A DNA stretch of 39,210 bases. Origin: a virus. Its lineage: Duplodnaviria; Caudoviricetes. Both the position numbers and the translations under genes were made by a program. Position 1 is the first letter of the stretch, and every line of letters starts with the position of its first letter. Of the stretch, positions 8,247-18,900 are shown one piece after another. The notes beneath the pieces are model-generated. The model did not search any database and was not told where the DNA came from. It saw nothing but the letters and a program-made list of their open reading frames with translations. The stretch lies in the IMG/VR virus record IMGVR_UViG_3300048577_000336, positions 1-39,210 of that record; one strand, written 5' to 3'.

Positions 8247-10091
8247 ATGGATAGGCATGACGACGTTTCGCCGCTGCTTCCGTACAGCCAGGACTTGATC
8301 CGGTTTCCGGACCAGGACTGCTGGTCTTTGACCGGGGATTGGCAGCGCGCCGCCATGTTCCGTGGGGCCGCCCGGCAACTGAAGGCCGGCCTGGTCGCCA
8401 GTTCGGGGGACCAGGCCATTTGCTCTGTGAGCCGCCAATACGACGACGGCACCGTGATCGAGGTGCACAAGGCCGGGAGCATTTTTCAGCTGCGCATCCA
8501 TTGCCCGGTGGGACGGACAAGCTCCGGCCGGGTTGCGCCGGAACTTGTGCCGACGCTGTCGGGCGGGCAGTTTTTTTGGGTCCCTGGGTGTTTTGCCCGC
8601 TATGGCTTCCAGGAAGGGCAGGAACTGCACAACGAGATTCTGTTGAAGGCTGGGAGCCTCGACGGCGATACGTCGAACGAGGGGTTTGGGACCGTCTTCG
8701 AAAATCTGGACGACGTCGGCCTGCCGCCTCCGGGGACTTCGCCGGATGGTTCCATTTCCCGACGCTACCGGACGTGTTGGTTGGAAGGTGTGGGGCCGGA
8801 TTCCGGTGAGTATTATTCGCAGTTTAAGATGGCCTCTGCCCATATTCCGGCGAAAGGATCGTTCTCCATCTCCTGTGTCGTGCGACTGCGCGAGCCGATC
8901 CAGGTGGACTACTCGTTTCAGTACCGCACCGCGGAACTCGGCAACGGCTACACCGTCTGGAACCCGATCAAGGCGCGCTTGCTGACTTCGGAAGATGGCG
9001 TCACGTGGTCGTCGGCCTGCCCCGGGAGCCTTGCCCCGTTGGTCGGCTATAAAATTCCATCCCGGTTTTCGAATCACTGGGTCAACTTCACCTACCCCTG
9101 GCCGAGCTTCAACGAGGATTTTGTGGCCGGCATTGAGAGGCAAATCGGCTGCCGGGAGATCGGTCGCGTTTGCCCAAATGAACCGCTGATGGCGTCTGAC
9201 TATGCCCCGGCCTCTCCTTACTGGGACAAGGTGTCGACCGGTGACCTTGAAACGCTGCACGGCGAATTTGTGTCGAGCTGGTCTGAAAATGCCGAGGTGC
9301 AAAATTTCGCGCCCTATGCCTCTTACTGCAAGTTCAAGGTCGAAGGCGATCACGGCAAGGCGGTCGGAACGCGGGCTGTTGCCTCGCTTGATGACGGCGG
9401 CAAGAGGTATGCCACGGTCTATTCTGTAGAATACGAACGTAACCAGGATAATTCGATTAAGGCTACTATCTTCACCCTGAAAGATTACCAGTACAAGCGG
9501 TTTGTGGCGGACGCTCGGCCGGATGTGACGTTTGGGATGCAGCCGTTTCCTGTTGCGCACCCGGAAGGCTACATGATCGGCGTCAATATTATGGGTCTGT
9601 GCTGGTTTAATGGTGATAGAATTATTGCCGGAAAAATTTGTGACTTTGAAAGTGAGTATAACTTAAACACCATTGTTTCAGATCCATTAGACATTGGGTT
9701 ATGGTATCATGTTTTGATGTCATATGATGAAAATGGTGTAATTAATCTGTATGTCGCCAAGCTAGGTGAAAGAACAATACAATTGAAATCTGGAATCGCT
9801 TCGACTGGAACGTACGTCAACATGGACGGATTTGGCCGGAGCGAGAAAATAATGGTCGGCTCAGATAGTTGGCGGTTGACTCCAAAAGCAACAAGTCCTG
9901 AATCAGAAGATACGTCGGAGTGGGTGTATTCATCTTCCATGGATATCGGCCTGCTCCGATTCTATCACCGGGCGCTGTCCAAAGCGGAGGCGCAGGTGCT
10001 GGCCATGGAAGTGCTGGACGGGGTGTTCGTGGCGGATGACCAGGAGGCCGGCCAGCTTGTGGCGGCCGGCTATGTCCCGATCACGGTGTAA
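8247..10091 (+). CDS. Virion protein with LamG/concanavalin A-like domain (possible receptor binding)
   Basis: 614 aa. SFSISCVV, WYHVLMSYD..G.INLYV and IGLLRFYHRALSKAE are LamG-like jelly-roll motifs. Confidence 0.65.
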   Translation: MDRHDDVSPLLPYSQDLIRFPDQDCWSLTGDWQRAAMFRGAARQLKAGLVASSGDQAICSVSRQYDDGTVIEVHKAGSIFQLRIHCPVGRTSSGRVAPELVPTLSGGQFFWVPGCFARYGFQEGQELHNEILLKAGSLDGDTSNEGFGTVFENLDDVGLPPPGTSPDGSISRRYRTCWLEGVGPDSGEYYSQFKMASAHIPAKGSFSISCVVRLREPIQVDYSFQYRTAELGNGYTVWNPIKARLLTSEDGVTWSSACPGSLAPLVGYKIPSRFSNHWVNFTYPWPSFNEDFVAGIERQIGCREIGRVCPNEPLMASDYAPASPYWDKVSTGDLETLHGEFVSSWSENAEVQNFAPYASYCKFKVEGDHGKAVGTRAVASLDDGGKRYATVYSVEYERNQDNSIKATIFTLKDYQYKRFVADARPDVTFGMQPFPVAHPEGYMIGVNIMGLCWFNGDRIIAGKICDFESEYNLNTIVSDPLDIGLWYHVLMSYDENGVINLYVAKLGERTIQLKSGIASTGTYVNMDGFGRSEKIMVGSDSWRLTPKATSPESEDTSEWVYSSSMDIGLLRFYHRALSKAEAQVLAMEVLDGVFVADDQEAGQLVAAGYVPITV

Positions 10092-10102
10092 GGGCGGTTT
10101 GC

Positions 10103-10930
10103 ATGTCCATCATTGACGAACGCTGTACGTCCATCGGCTGCCTGAAGCCCGGCGCTGCCGGCGTGTCGGACCGTGAAGCGCTGTTGGCGGCGGCCGGAAC
10201 CCACCGCTTCAACGAACTGTATGTGCCGCAACCGCCGGCCCGCCTGGGCTGGTGCCAGAACGAGCGGGGCATCTATGTCGGCTGCGGGCGGGGAGACGAC
10301 TTGCGGCCGCTGGAAATGGAACCGCCCGGGGATTCAGGCTATGGGCCGCTCGGCGTCTACGACGTCGTGGAGGGTATTCGAGGCACGCCCGCGTTCGTCC
10401 CTCGGACGATTTATGAAGAAGTGCCCGAAGAGGGCATCTACGAGCGCAAGTTCAGCCAGTACATACGCGCCAAGGGTGTGTTCCGGGGCGGGGTGCTGCA
10501 CATGCGGCTTGTGGCGAAGATGCCGGATTTCGGCGCGCGGTATCCTGATGACGATTACACCAATGAGGTCCGTTTTGTCTTTTGGCTGACAAACAACGCC
10601 TTCGGCGGCGAAGGGTTCAACTTGTTCACCTGGGGCGACATGGGGTGCGTGGACGTCAGGGCGGGAGGCGTCCAGGTGCATAGGCAAAGCGGGTTTGTCT
10701 TTCCGGATGGGCGTTGGCACGCCTATGACCTGTTGATTTATAAGAATTTTACTTCGCGCCTGTATGTCGACGGCACGTACAGATGGACAAGCAGCGCATG
10801 GGAATTCGGCGGCGAAGTGTTGTGGAATGGCCTGCTGATTGACCCGGAGATTCAGATTTATTCCACGACTCGGCCTGGCGCGGCGTTCATCATCCAATCG
10901 TGTTCGCTCGAGGTGTACGATGCAGTTTGA
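10103..10930 (+). CDS. Hypothetical virion protein, lectin-like C-terminus
   Basis: 275 aa. DGRWHAYDLLI...RLYVDG is a ConA/GH16-like strand pattern. Confidence 0.55.
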   Translation: MSIIDERCTSIGCLKPGAAGVSDREALLAAAGTHRFNELYVPQPPARLGWCQNERGIYVGCGRGDDLRPLEMEPPGDSGYGPLGVYDVVEGIRGTPAFVPRTIYEEVPEEGIYERKFSQYIRAKGVFRGGVLHMRLVAKMPDFGARYPDDDYTNEVRFVFWLTNNAFGGEGFNLFTWGDMGCVDVRAGGVQVHRQSGFVFPDGRWHAYDLLIYKNFTSRLYVDGTYRWTSSAWEFGGEVLWNGLLIDPEIQIYSTTRPGAAFIIQSCSLEVYDAV

Positions 10931-11549
10931 GTACCCTGCCTCGGCGCACTGCGATTTTGCCGATTTCCCCGTATCCCTGGAGGTCCGGCTCGGGGCCAGG
11001 GCCGGCGAGGCCGTGGCCGGAGCCAGTGTTGGCACCCGGCTCTGGCTGGCCCAGACGCCGCGCAGCGGCTTTGTCCAGGGCGTGCTGTCCCCGGGCAGCC
11101 CGTTGCCCGATCTGGCCATGGTCTATTCCGACACGGGCAGCGACAGCGCGTTTTCCCTCAAGCTGTCCTTTGACGGGTTCACGAGCTTTTACCGCGAGAC
11201 GGCGCTGGACAAGACCCTGCGTTTCAACGCCTGCAAGCGCATCGTCCGCCATGACGCCGAGGGCAACGAAGATCCCTTTGTCGCGGCCGTGGATTGCGCC
11301 ACCGGCATCGCCGCTTCCGAAAGCGATCCTGTGGCCTTCGCCGAAGCGGGCAGCGTCCGCGAATTCATCTATTCCAACCAGTTCGATCCATTGCCGCAGT
11401 ATCTCTACTTTTTCGGGCAGTGGTATCTGTTCGTGCATCAGACCGTCATCAAAATCGTTTCCGCATCAGGGGAATTGCTGACCCTCCAGTACATCAGCAT
11501 GCCGATTTGGTCCGTGCGGCATCCGTATTTCGTGGTGACCCATGGATAA
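10920..11549 (+). CDS. Hypothetical phage protein
   Basis: ATG at 10920 after GAGGTG, in frame with ORF 10839-11549. Overlaps both neighbours. Confidence 0.6.
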   Translation: MQFEYPASAHCDFADFPVSLEVRLGARAGEAVAGASVGTRLWLAQTPRSGFVQGVLSPGSPLPDLAMVYSDTGSDSAFSLKLSFDGFTSFYRETALDKTLRFNACKRIVRHDAEGNEDPFVAAVDCATGIAASESDPVAFAEAGSVREFIYSNQFDPLPQYLYFFGQWYLFVHQTVIKIVSASGELLTLQYISMPIWSVRHPYFVVTHG

Positions 11550-12927
11550 TCTCTTCGAGTTCTTCGCGTCCATCGAAGGACTGGCGTCCCTTCCAGCGTC
11601 TGCCGGCGACACGCTGCCGCTGTTGCTGGCTGATGGCCGGGGAGGGGCGACCGGGAGCGTGTCTCTGCCGCTCTTTGCGATCGAGGGGATTTCTTTCGGC
11701 CTGGACAAGCCCATCGATAGCGGGGCCACGTCGGCGGCCGTCGTCAGTCTGTTGCAGCAGGGCCATGACACGCTCATCCAGGCGGCGGCGCAGATTTGCG
11801 CCTATGACGACGATGACGACCAGCGCGCCATTTCCGTGGTCTATTTCGTCTCCAATCTCCTGACCTACGTGCAGGACGGTTCCGGCATCGGCGACCGTTG
11901 GACCGGTGCGGTGGCCACCTGGAAGCGCAAGTACGGCGACTGCGAGGACGGAGCCTTCCTGATCCATGCCTTGCTGTTGGCGGCCGGGGTTGATCCCGGC
12001 CGGGTGCGCACCCTTTGCGGCCGGGCCCTGTCCACGGACCTTGCCGAAATCGGCCATGCCTGGGTCATCTACCGCCGGCTAACGGACGAGGAGTGGATTC
12101 CTCTTGAATGGACCAAACAGCCTTCGCCTTATGACGTCACGGCGGCCCAGGTTAAACGCCAGCTGGATGTGCAGGATGTCTATACCCGTATCAGCCATGT
12201 CCTGACCGCGACGTCATTTTCGTCCGTGGATTCGTCCGGCTATTACGCCCAGCTCGCCGTCAACCGGGCGTCAGGCGCGGTTTCGCTGCCGCTGTTTCAG
12301 GTTTCCGGCGCGACCGGCAACCATGCCGAGGGCGAGATTGAGCTTTTCCGGGATTTCTCCGGGGAGCTGACCTTGTCCGTGGAAGGCCGGGGCGGGGCGC
12401 GCGGCGCTGTGGCTCTGCCGCTTTTTGGTGTTTCCGGAACGGCTTCCCAGGCCAATACGGCCACGGGCGAGGTGGCGTTGCCGCTGTTCTCGGTGGACGG
12501 CCGGGGCGGGGCGAACGGGGAATGCGCGCTGCCGTTGTTCGATGTTTTCGGCCGCTGCGGCAATGCCGCGCGCGGCTCCGTGACGCTGCCGCTGTTCCGT
12601 ATCAACGCGGCGGCTGACCACGACAACCTGGCCAATGGGAAAGTGACGCTGCCGTTGTTTGTGGTCCTGGGGCACGCCGTCCAGGACAACCGCGCCCGGG
12701 GCGAGGTGGTGTTGCCGCTGCTGGGCATCAGGGGGCGGGGGGCGCAAGGACCGTCCGCCCGGGGCGAGGTGTCCCTTCCTTTGTTCCAGGTCGCAGGCAC
12801 GGCGCACCAGGAGTCCGTGGCCCGTGGCGAGATCCTCCTGCCGCTTTTTGAGGTGCGCGGGCACGCCGTCCAGGGCGTCCCTGGTTTTTCCGCGGTCCTT
12901 TCCCACGATCCTTCGAGGTGGCTATGA
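11542..12927 (+). CDS. Virion protein with transglutaminase-like (Cys-His-acid) domain and G-x-V-x-LPLF repeats
   Basis: GDCEDGA (Cys codon at 11941), GHAWV and WIPLE form a transglutaminase-like triad. One N-terminal and nine C-terminal LPL[FL] repeats. Confidence 0.75.
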   Translation: MDNLFEFFASIEGLASLPASAGDTLPLLLADGRGGATGSVSLPLFAIEGISFGLDKPIDSGATSAAVVSLLQQGHDTLIQAAAQICAYDDDDDQRAISVVYFVSNLLTYVQDGSGIGDRWTGAVATWKRKYGDCEDGAFLIHALLLAAGVDPGRVRTLCGRALSTDLAEIGHAWVIYRRLTDEEWIPLEWTKQPSPYDVTAAQVKRQLDVQDVYTRISHVLTATSFSSVDSSGYYAQLAVNRASGAVSLPLFQVSGATGNHAEGEIELFRDFSGELTLSVEGRGGARGAVALPLFGVSGTASQANTATGEVALPLFSVDGRGGANGECALPLFDVFGRCGNAARGSVTLPLFRINAAADHDNLANGKVTLPLFVVLGHAVQDNRARGEVVLPLLGIRGRGAQGPSARGEVSLPLFQVAGTAHQESVARGEILLPLFEVRGHAVQGVPGFSAVLSHDPSRWL

Positions 12928-13370
12928 ACACGCTTTGCCTGGCCTACGCCGCCGATGCCGGCGCGGCGAGCCAGTTCACCAACCAGCCCTTTACGAGCTT
13001 TCTGACGCTGGGCGGCCTGGTCTACGGCACCACGCCGGACGGGCTGTATCTGGTCGGCGGCGACGACGACGCGGGCGACCCCATCTGCCCGGTGGTGGAG
13101 GGGCCGCGCACGGACGGCGGCGACGACGCGTTCAAGCGGGCGCGGTCGGCCTCGATCCTGGGCAGCGGCCAGGACAGCCTGTCGCTGTCGGTGCGCCTGG
13201 GCGACGGCGAGTGGCGCGAGGCCCTGCGCACCGGGCGTGGGTCGTTCTCCCTGCGCGGCGGCGGCCCGGGCCGCGAGGCGCAGTGGCGCATCGAGGGCGA
13301 CGGCGGGGATTTTGCCGTGACCGGCATCGATCTGGAACTGGAATCCCTGGGCCGACGGGGAAGGGGGTAG
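12924..13370 (+). CDS. Hypothetical phage tail-associated protein
   Basis: ATG at 12924 overlaps the previous TGA. SQFTNQPFTSF...YG...GLYLVGGDDDAG motif; strong GC3 bias. Confidence 0.65.
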   Translation: MNTLCLAYAADAGAASQFTNQPFTSFLTLGGLVYGTTPDGLYLVGGDDDAGDPICPVVEGPRTDGGDDAFKRARSASILGSGQDSLSLSVRLGDGEWREALRTGRGSFSLRGGGPGREAQWRIEGDGGDFAVTGIDLELESLGRRGRG

Positions 13371-13373
13371 CCG

Positions 13374-15302
13374 GTGGCTAGCAACGACGCCAGTGGAGCG
13401 ATTGGGACGATCCAGCAGAACGCGATGCAGTACCAGCGCGACATGTATCAAGCTGTCAATATGGCGATGGCGCGTCTTGGCTCGCTGTTCATTGTCGGCG
13501 GCTACCCATCGGTTGATGTGTCAGGCGAGCCGGACGGCGTGTCGTTAACGCAACGGCCGGGCGCGCCTGGACTCTCTGCGCCCGTTGTCGCCGGGCCGGT
13601 CGCGCCGGATGTTCCGGCGCTGGTGGAGCCGTCCATTACGGACGTCGAAGTGCCGATATTTTCCGGTGAAGCGCCGAAGCTGAACTTCCCGGGGTTTGAC
13701 GACCTGACTTTGCCCGAGGCTCCGGGTCCCGCGCCGACGGTGGCCGATGTGGCTTTGCCGGCCGATCCTGACGTGGAGCTGCCCGAGGTTCCGGTCTTCG
13801 AGGCTGTGGACATCCCGGCCCTGCCGTCGCTCATCCAGCCGCAATTCGAGGGCGTGCGGCCGGTGCTGCCGGACATGGAAACGCCGGGGCGGGTGTTCGT
13901 CTACGAGGAAGGGGCATTCGAGTCGCCGCTGTGGACGGCCCTGCGCCAGCGGTTGCTGGAGGACCTGGAGAACGGCGGCGACGTGGCCGCAATCCTGGAG
14001 ACGGGCCGGGTATTCGAACAGCAAGAGCGGTGGGTTGTCGCCGAGCGGGAGCGCCGCAAGGAAGAGATCGTGGCCGAGTATTCGGCCATGGGCTACGAGC
14101 GCCTGCCAGGCGAGGCTCACGAGCGCCTCCGGCTGGTGGAGCTGGACGCCGAGAAGTCCCTGGAAGGGCTTCTCAATACGATTTCCGCGAAGAAGGCCGA
14201 TCTGTCGGTGCAAAGCCGCCAGTTCGCCGTGGAGAAGTCCTTGGCCGCCGTGGTGGGCGTGTGCCTGGACGTGTTCAACAAGGGCAATGACCGCGCCCTG
14301 GAGGCGGCCAAGGCCACGGCGCAGTTCGCTTATCAGGAAGTGGACGCCCGGGTGGCGCTTTTTAACTGCCAGGTGGCGGCTTTTACTGCCGAGGCGGCCG
14401 TGTTCGAGGCGCGTATCCGGGCGGCCCTGGCCGATCTGGAGGCCTTCAAGACGGCCATGGAGGGGGCGCGGATTCGTGGCGAGCTGCGCCAGCAGGACGT
14501 GGCCCTCTATGTCGCCAGGGTCCAGGCCGTGGGCGAGATCATCGGCATTTACAAGGCACGCATGGAAGGCGCGGCTGTGGCCGCCGAGGTGGACAAGGCG
14601 CGCATCCAGGCCTTTGAGACGTCCGTTCAGGCCTACATCGGGCAGGTGAACGCGGTGACGGCCCAGGTCAACGCCCGGGTGGCCCGGATCACCGGCGAAA
14701 AGGCCCGGGCCGAGGCGTTTGAAAGCGAGGTGCGCGCCTACCAGGGGCAGGTGGAGGCGGCCGGGGCCGTAGCCAAGATCGGCGAGATCCGGGCCAACGT
14801 GGCCGGCCAGCTCAACGCCTCGCGTGTGCAGCTTTTCACGGCAAAAACCCAGGCCTTCCAGGCCGAATGGCAGGGCCGGCTCGGCCAGGCCGAGGCGCTT
14901 TCCCGCCATGCCGCCAACCAAGTGGCGCTGTTTCAGGCCGAGGTCAGCGGCGTGTCGGCCGAAAACCAAGCCAAGATCCAGCAGCTCGTAGCCGAGGTGC
15001 AAAAATGGCAGGCCAGGCTGGACGCTTCCCTTAAGGAAGCCGGTTTGGAGCTGCAACGCACCCAGGCCCAGGCTGATCTGCAAGGACGGGGACTTATGGC
15101 CGCTGCTCAGGTGGCGGGCCAGGGCTTCGCAGCAGCCGGCAGCATGGTCCACGCCGCCGTGTCGCTGGGGTCGAGCTGGTCGGAATCCGTGTCCGAAGCC
15201 AAGAGCGTGAGCGAGTCGACCAGCGAAGTCAAAAGCACAAGCACGGCTACGAGTAATTCCAGCAGCACTTCCACGAACTATAACTACACGGCGAGTGTCT
15301 AG
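13374..15302 (+). CDS. Putative internal virion/ejection protein (Pro-rich N-terminus, long Ala-rich coiled coil)
   Basis: 642 aa, GTG start after GGGGG. Composition and position before the giant protein fit podoviral ejection proteins. Confidence 0.55.
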   Translation: MASNDASGAIGTIQQNAMQYQRDMYQAVNMAMARLGSLFIVGGYPSVDVSGEPDGVSLTQRPGAPGLSAPVVAGPVAPDVPALVEPSITDVEVPIFSGEAPKLNFPGFDDLTLPEAPGPAPTVADVALPADPDVELPEVPVFEAVDIPALPSLIQPQFEGVRPVLPDMETPGRVFVYEEGAFESPLWTALRQRLLEDLENGGDVAAILETGRVFEQQERWVVAERERRKEEIVAEYSAMGYERLPGEAHERLRLVELDAEKSLEGLLNTISAKKADLSVQSRQFAVEKSLAAVVGVCLDVFNKGNDRALEAAKATAQFAYQEVDARVALFNCQVAAFTAEAAVFEARIRAALADLEAFKTAMEGARIRGELRQQDVALYVARVQAVGEIIGIYKARMEGAAVAAEVDKARIQAFETSVQAYIGQVNAVTAQVNARVARITGEKARAEAFESEVRAYQGQVEAAGAVAKIGEIRANVAGQLNASRVQLFTAKTQAFQAEWQGRLGQAEALSRHAANQVALFQAEVSGVSAENQAKIQQLVAEVQKWQARLDASLKEAGLELQRTQAQADLQGRGLMAAAQVAGQGFAAAGSMVHAAVSLGSSWSESVSEAKSVSESTSEVKSTSTATSNSSSTSTNYNYTASV

Positions 15303-15311
15303 GGGATTGCC

Positions 15312-15971
15312 ATGGCCTCGGATCAGCAGTTTTTCCAGGAAGCCTTGCAGCGGAAGTACGACATTTTGCAGCAGCAGGCCAATGCCGGGAGCCAGGACGC
15401 AGCCAGCCGGGCCCAGTCCGTGGCCCAACAGTCCGGATTGCAGCAGATGCAAAACCAGGGTTCGGCCAACGTGGCGGGCATCCACGGCGAGTATGGACTG
15501 CGGCAGACTGCGTTGTCTGGCCAGAATGCGGCCAATGTGGCGGGCATCCAGGGCGGATTCGGTTTGCAAGAACGAGCCATGGCCGTGAAGGGCGCGGCGG
15601 ATGTGGCTAATATCCAGGGGGGATATGGCCTGCGGGAAGCCGAGACCCGGGGACAATACGGTGTCCAGGAAGCGCAAGTGCGTGGCCAATACGGCCTTGA
15701 GGCCGCGAAGCAGCCTGAATACTCGGCCATCGAAAATCCGCTTTACACCGGCAAGCCCGGTCAGTCGCCGTATATCTCCACGCCTAGAAACCAAGCAGGT
15801 ATGGAGTACCTGAATTCTCAGAAGCCGACGCCGCCGGCCCTGCCCGGGGGATTGTCCGCGCGATCGACATCCTCTCCTTCGGCGAGCACTTCGGATCAAG
15901 CCGGCGGATATGGCCTTAGCGACCCCAAGCGGCGTGCAAGCGCTACGCCCGGTGCATCGGGGGGCTGGTAG
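15312..15971 (+). CDS. Putative internal virion/pilot-like protein with Gln/Gly repeats
   Basis: 219 aa with repeats ANVAGIHGEYGL, ANVAGIQGGFGL, ADVANIQGGYGL, ETRGQYGV, QVRGQYGL. Confidence 0.6.
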   Translation: MASDQQFFQEALQRKYDILQQQANAGSQDAASRAQSVAQQSGLQQMQNQGSANVAGIHGEYGLRQTALSGQNAANVAGIQGGFGLQERAMAVKGAADVANIQGGYGLREAETRGQYGVQEAQVRGQYGLEAAKQPEYSAIENPLYTGKPGQSPYISTPRNQAGMEYLNSQKPTPPALPGGLSARSTSSPSASTSDQAGGYGLSDPKRRASATPGASGGW

Positions 15972-15974
15972 ACT

Positions 15975-18900
15975 ATGGGCATCGACCTCGCCAGATACCG
16001 GGACGAAAATTCTGGGTACTACGGTGATGTCTCCCTGGCCGATGTAGCGGCCGATCTGCACGAGCGAAGCGGATCTGCCGCCGCTGGAGTGCCGCTCGAT
16101 CAATTCGCCAAGGAGAACGGTTTTGACGGGCAGCTTGCCGACGAGGTCCTGGCAAAAGGCGGCTTTGGGCTGTCGGAGTCCAAGCCCACGGTGGGCGATT
16201 ATGCCCGGTCGGTCGGAGTCGGCCTGGATCAGTTCGGCCAAGTGCTCGGGCGGAGTATGCAGTGGGTCGGCCTCGACCGTGCAGGGAAGGCTGTCGAGGA
16301 TCTGTATAAGCAGCGAGAAGCGGCCACCCGCAGTGAGCAGACCGACGCCTACAAGGCCGAAATGTCCAAATCCTTTCTTCGGGAGAGATCGGACGGCGGC
16401 GGTCTCTTTGGGTACGGCCTGGGGGAGGGGGCGACTTCTCCGACGAAGATTTTAGGTTCGATCATCGAAAGTGCGCCGTCTATGGCGGCTGCCGGCGGTC
16501 CGGGTATCGCGGCCACGAAGGGCTTGATCGGCCTTGGTCTACGTTCCGGCGTGGCTGGCATCGTCGGATCGGGGCTAGGAGAAGGAACCATCGGTGGCCT
16601 GTACGCGGCCAAAGAAGGTGAAGATCAGATTTTACAAGCTCCGGATGAAGTGTTGCGGCAACATCCGGACTATCAGAAGGCTTTTGCCGAACAGCCGGTG
16701 GACCTACCCGAAGAAGCGCGCCACGCGGCGGCCCGGGCTTCGGTGGCGCGCAGCGAGGCATTGCGCAGCGGCTTGCTCGTAGGCACGGCCACGGCCGCTC
16801 TTGGCGCGCCGTCCGGTCATTTCATGGGCAAATCCATCGGCGGTGAGACCGGCAAGACATTGGCCCGCACCATAGGCAAACAGGCTGTGCTGGAAGCCGG
16901 GCAGGAAGCCAGCCAGAACGCCGTCGAAAAGATCATCCACAACCAGGCCGCGCGGAAATATATCGATCCAAACACCAGCCTGTGGGAGGGAGTCGCCGAA
17001 GAAGCCATGGGCGGCGCAATCACCGGCGGCGTCATGGGCGGCGGCCTGGGCGGTTTTTCCCATAACAAATCGGCTCTGCGCTATCGGCAGGATTTTCAGG
17101 TCGAAGTGGGAAAGGCCTTGGCCGACGGCTCTGTGGCCGGCCTGTCTGACGCAGACCTGAGCGCGGCCTACCGCATTGCCGAAGGACAGCACGAGGAAAA
17201 TCCTGACGAGGCGGCCCGACAGGTTCTGCTTGGGCTCAATGCTGAGCAGCTCCGTCGCCAGGGCAAGGCGCGGGGCTTTCCGCTCAATGAGATTTTGGCC
17301 GAGGAAGTGGCGGCCCGGGCTGCTATGGGGCAGACGGGCGAGGCGGTTGCCGTACCCGAGGCGGATGTCGCGAATGAGCCGGCGACGCAGCTGGCCGGTC
17401 CGGATCGGGCAACGGAGCTGGCGAAGCTGTCTAAACGCCAGCTCAATGACCTGGCCAGCGGGTTGGGCATCAATACCCCGGGCCGGATCAAGCGTGACGC
17501 TTTGGTGGCATCCGTACTCCAGGCCGAGGAAGCGGCCCGTAAATGGAACGAACCGGATGCTGTGGAAGCCCGCTATCTGGAGGCCCACGCCGCGCCGTTC
17601 CCGGCCAGCCAGGATGATTTCCTCGGCCAGGCCGCGCCGGTTTCGCCCGAGGCCGCAGCGGAAGCGGCCGTCCAAGAATCTCTTCTGCAGGGGGGGGCTT
17701 CCGAGGGGGCCGTGCCTCCGGACAGGGCGGCCGAACTGGCCGACCTGTCCCATTCCGAGCTGCGCCGCATGGCCGCCTCGCTCGGCATCGAAAAGCCGGG
17801 GCGCATGCGCCGCGACGTCCTGGTGCCGGCCATTGTCGCGGCCGAGGAGCGAGCCCGTCAATTTTATGAGCCCGAGAATATTGAGGCTCGGTACCAGGAA
17901 GAGCACGCCGCGCCGTTCCCCGGCCAGCTGGATGACTTTTTGGACGGGGCCGCGCCCACGGGCCGGCGGGCGCGGCCCCGCAAGGTCGGTCCGGCCGCCA
18001 CGGAGACGGCTCTGGCGTCCCAGGCTGAACCCGGAACGGCGACGCCCAAACAGGTTTCCACGGCGTCCCCCACGGGCGAGATCCCGCTGGTCGAAGCCGG
18101 TTCAAAACCGGCCGCGCCCGAGTCGCAGCCCCCTTCCTCTGTCCCTCCGTCCCGTCCTGCCCTGGTGGAGCAGACGCCCGAAGGCGCGCTGCCGACCGGC
18201 GAGGTGCCTTTGGTGGAGGCCGGGCAAGAGATCGAAGCGGCAAACGGACAGCAGGGAAGGGCCCCCAACGTCGAGGCGCCTGTATACGAAGCGGCCAATT
18301 CCCTGAACGAAACGCCACCGGCGGTGCGGCCGGCCGAGGATTTGGCCGCCAAGTCCAAGCGGGAGCTGAACGCGCTGGCCGCCTCCCTCGGCGTGGAACG
18401 GCCCGGCGGTATCCGGCGCGAAGATCTGGTGGGCCGCATCGAACAGGCCCGACAGGAGCCGGCGGCCCAGGGGCAACCGGAAGCCTCTATCGGGCAGACG
18501 CCGGCAACGGCGCGGCCGCAGACGGAACAGGCCCGGCCGTGGATGCGGGAGGGCGGCAAAAAAGCCACGGTAGGGGCGCTGCTGCGCGCCGATGACCACA
18601 TGGTGGCGCGTAAGCCTGTCGAAGGCCAGGTGGTTCATTTCGAGATCCCAGGGCTTGAGGATGTGGGTTTCGTGGCCCACCACGACCTGAACGGCGGCAA
18701 GGGCTGGACCGTCACGGAAACACAGTCCGGAACCGCCGCCGTGATCGGAGCCGCGACCGAACAAGAGGCCTTGCGTGCCGTTTATGACCGGCTGGCCGGC
18801 TTTGACGCCGAGCGATTTCGCGCCAACCGCGACGATCTGGTCGCCCGGTTAGGGAGCGCTGAACAGACGACGCCAGCACAATCGGCCACCAAACCGCAGG

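Noticed and set aside
8247-10930. Diversity-generating retroelement target in the lectin-like genes
   Set aside because: No reverse transcriptase and no template/variable repeat pair seen in the window.
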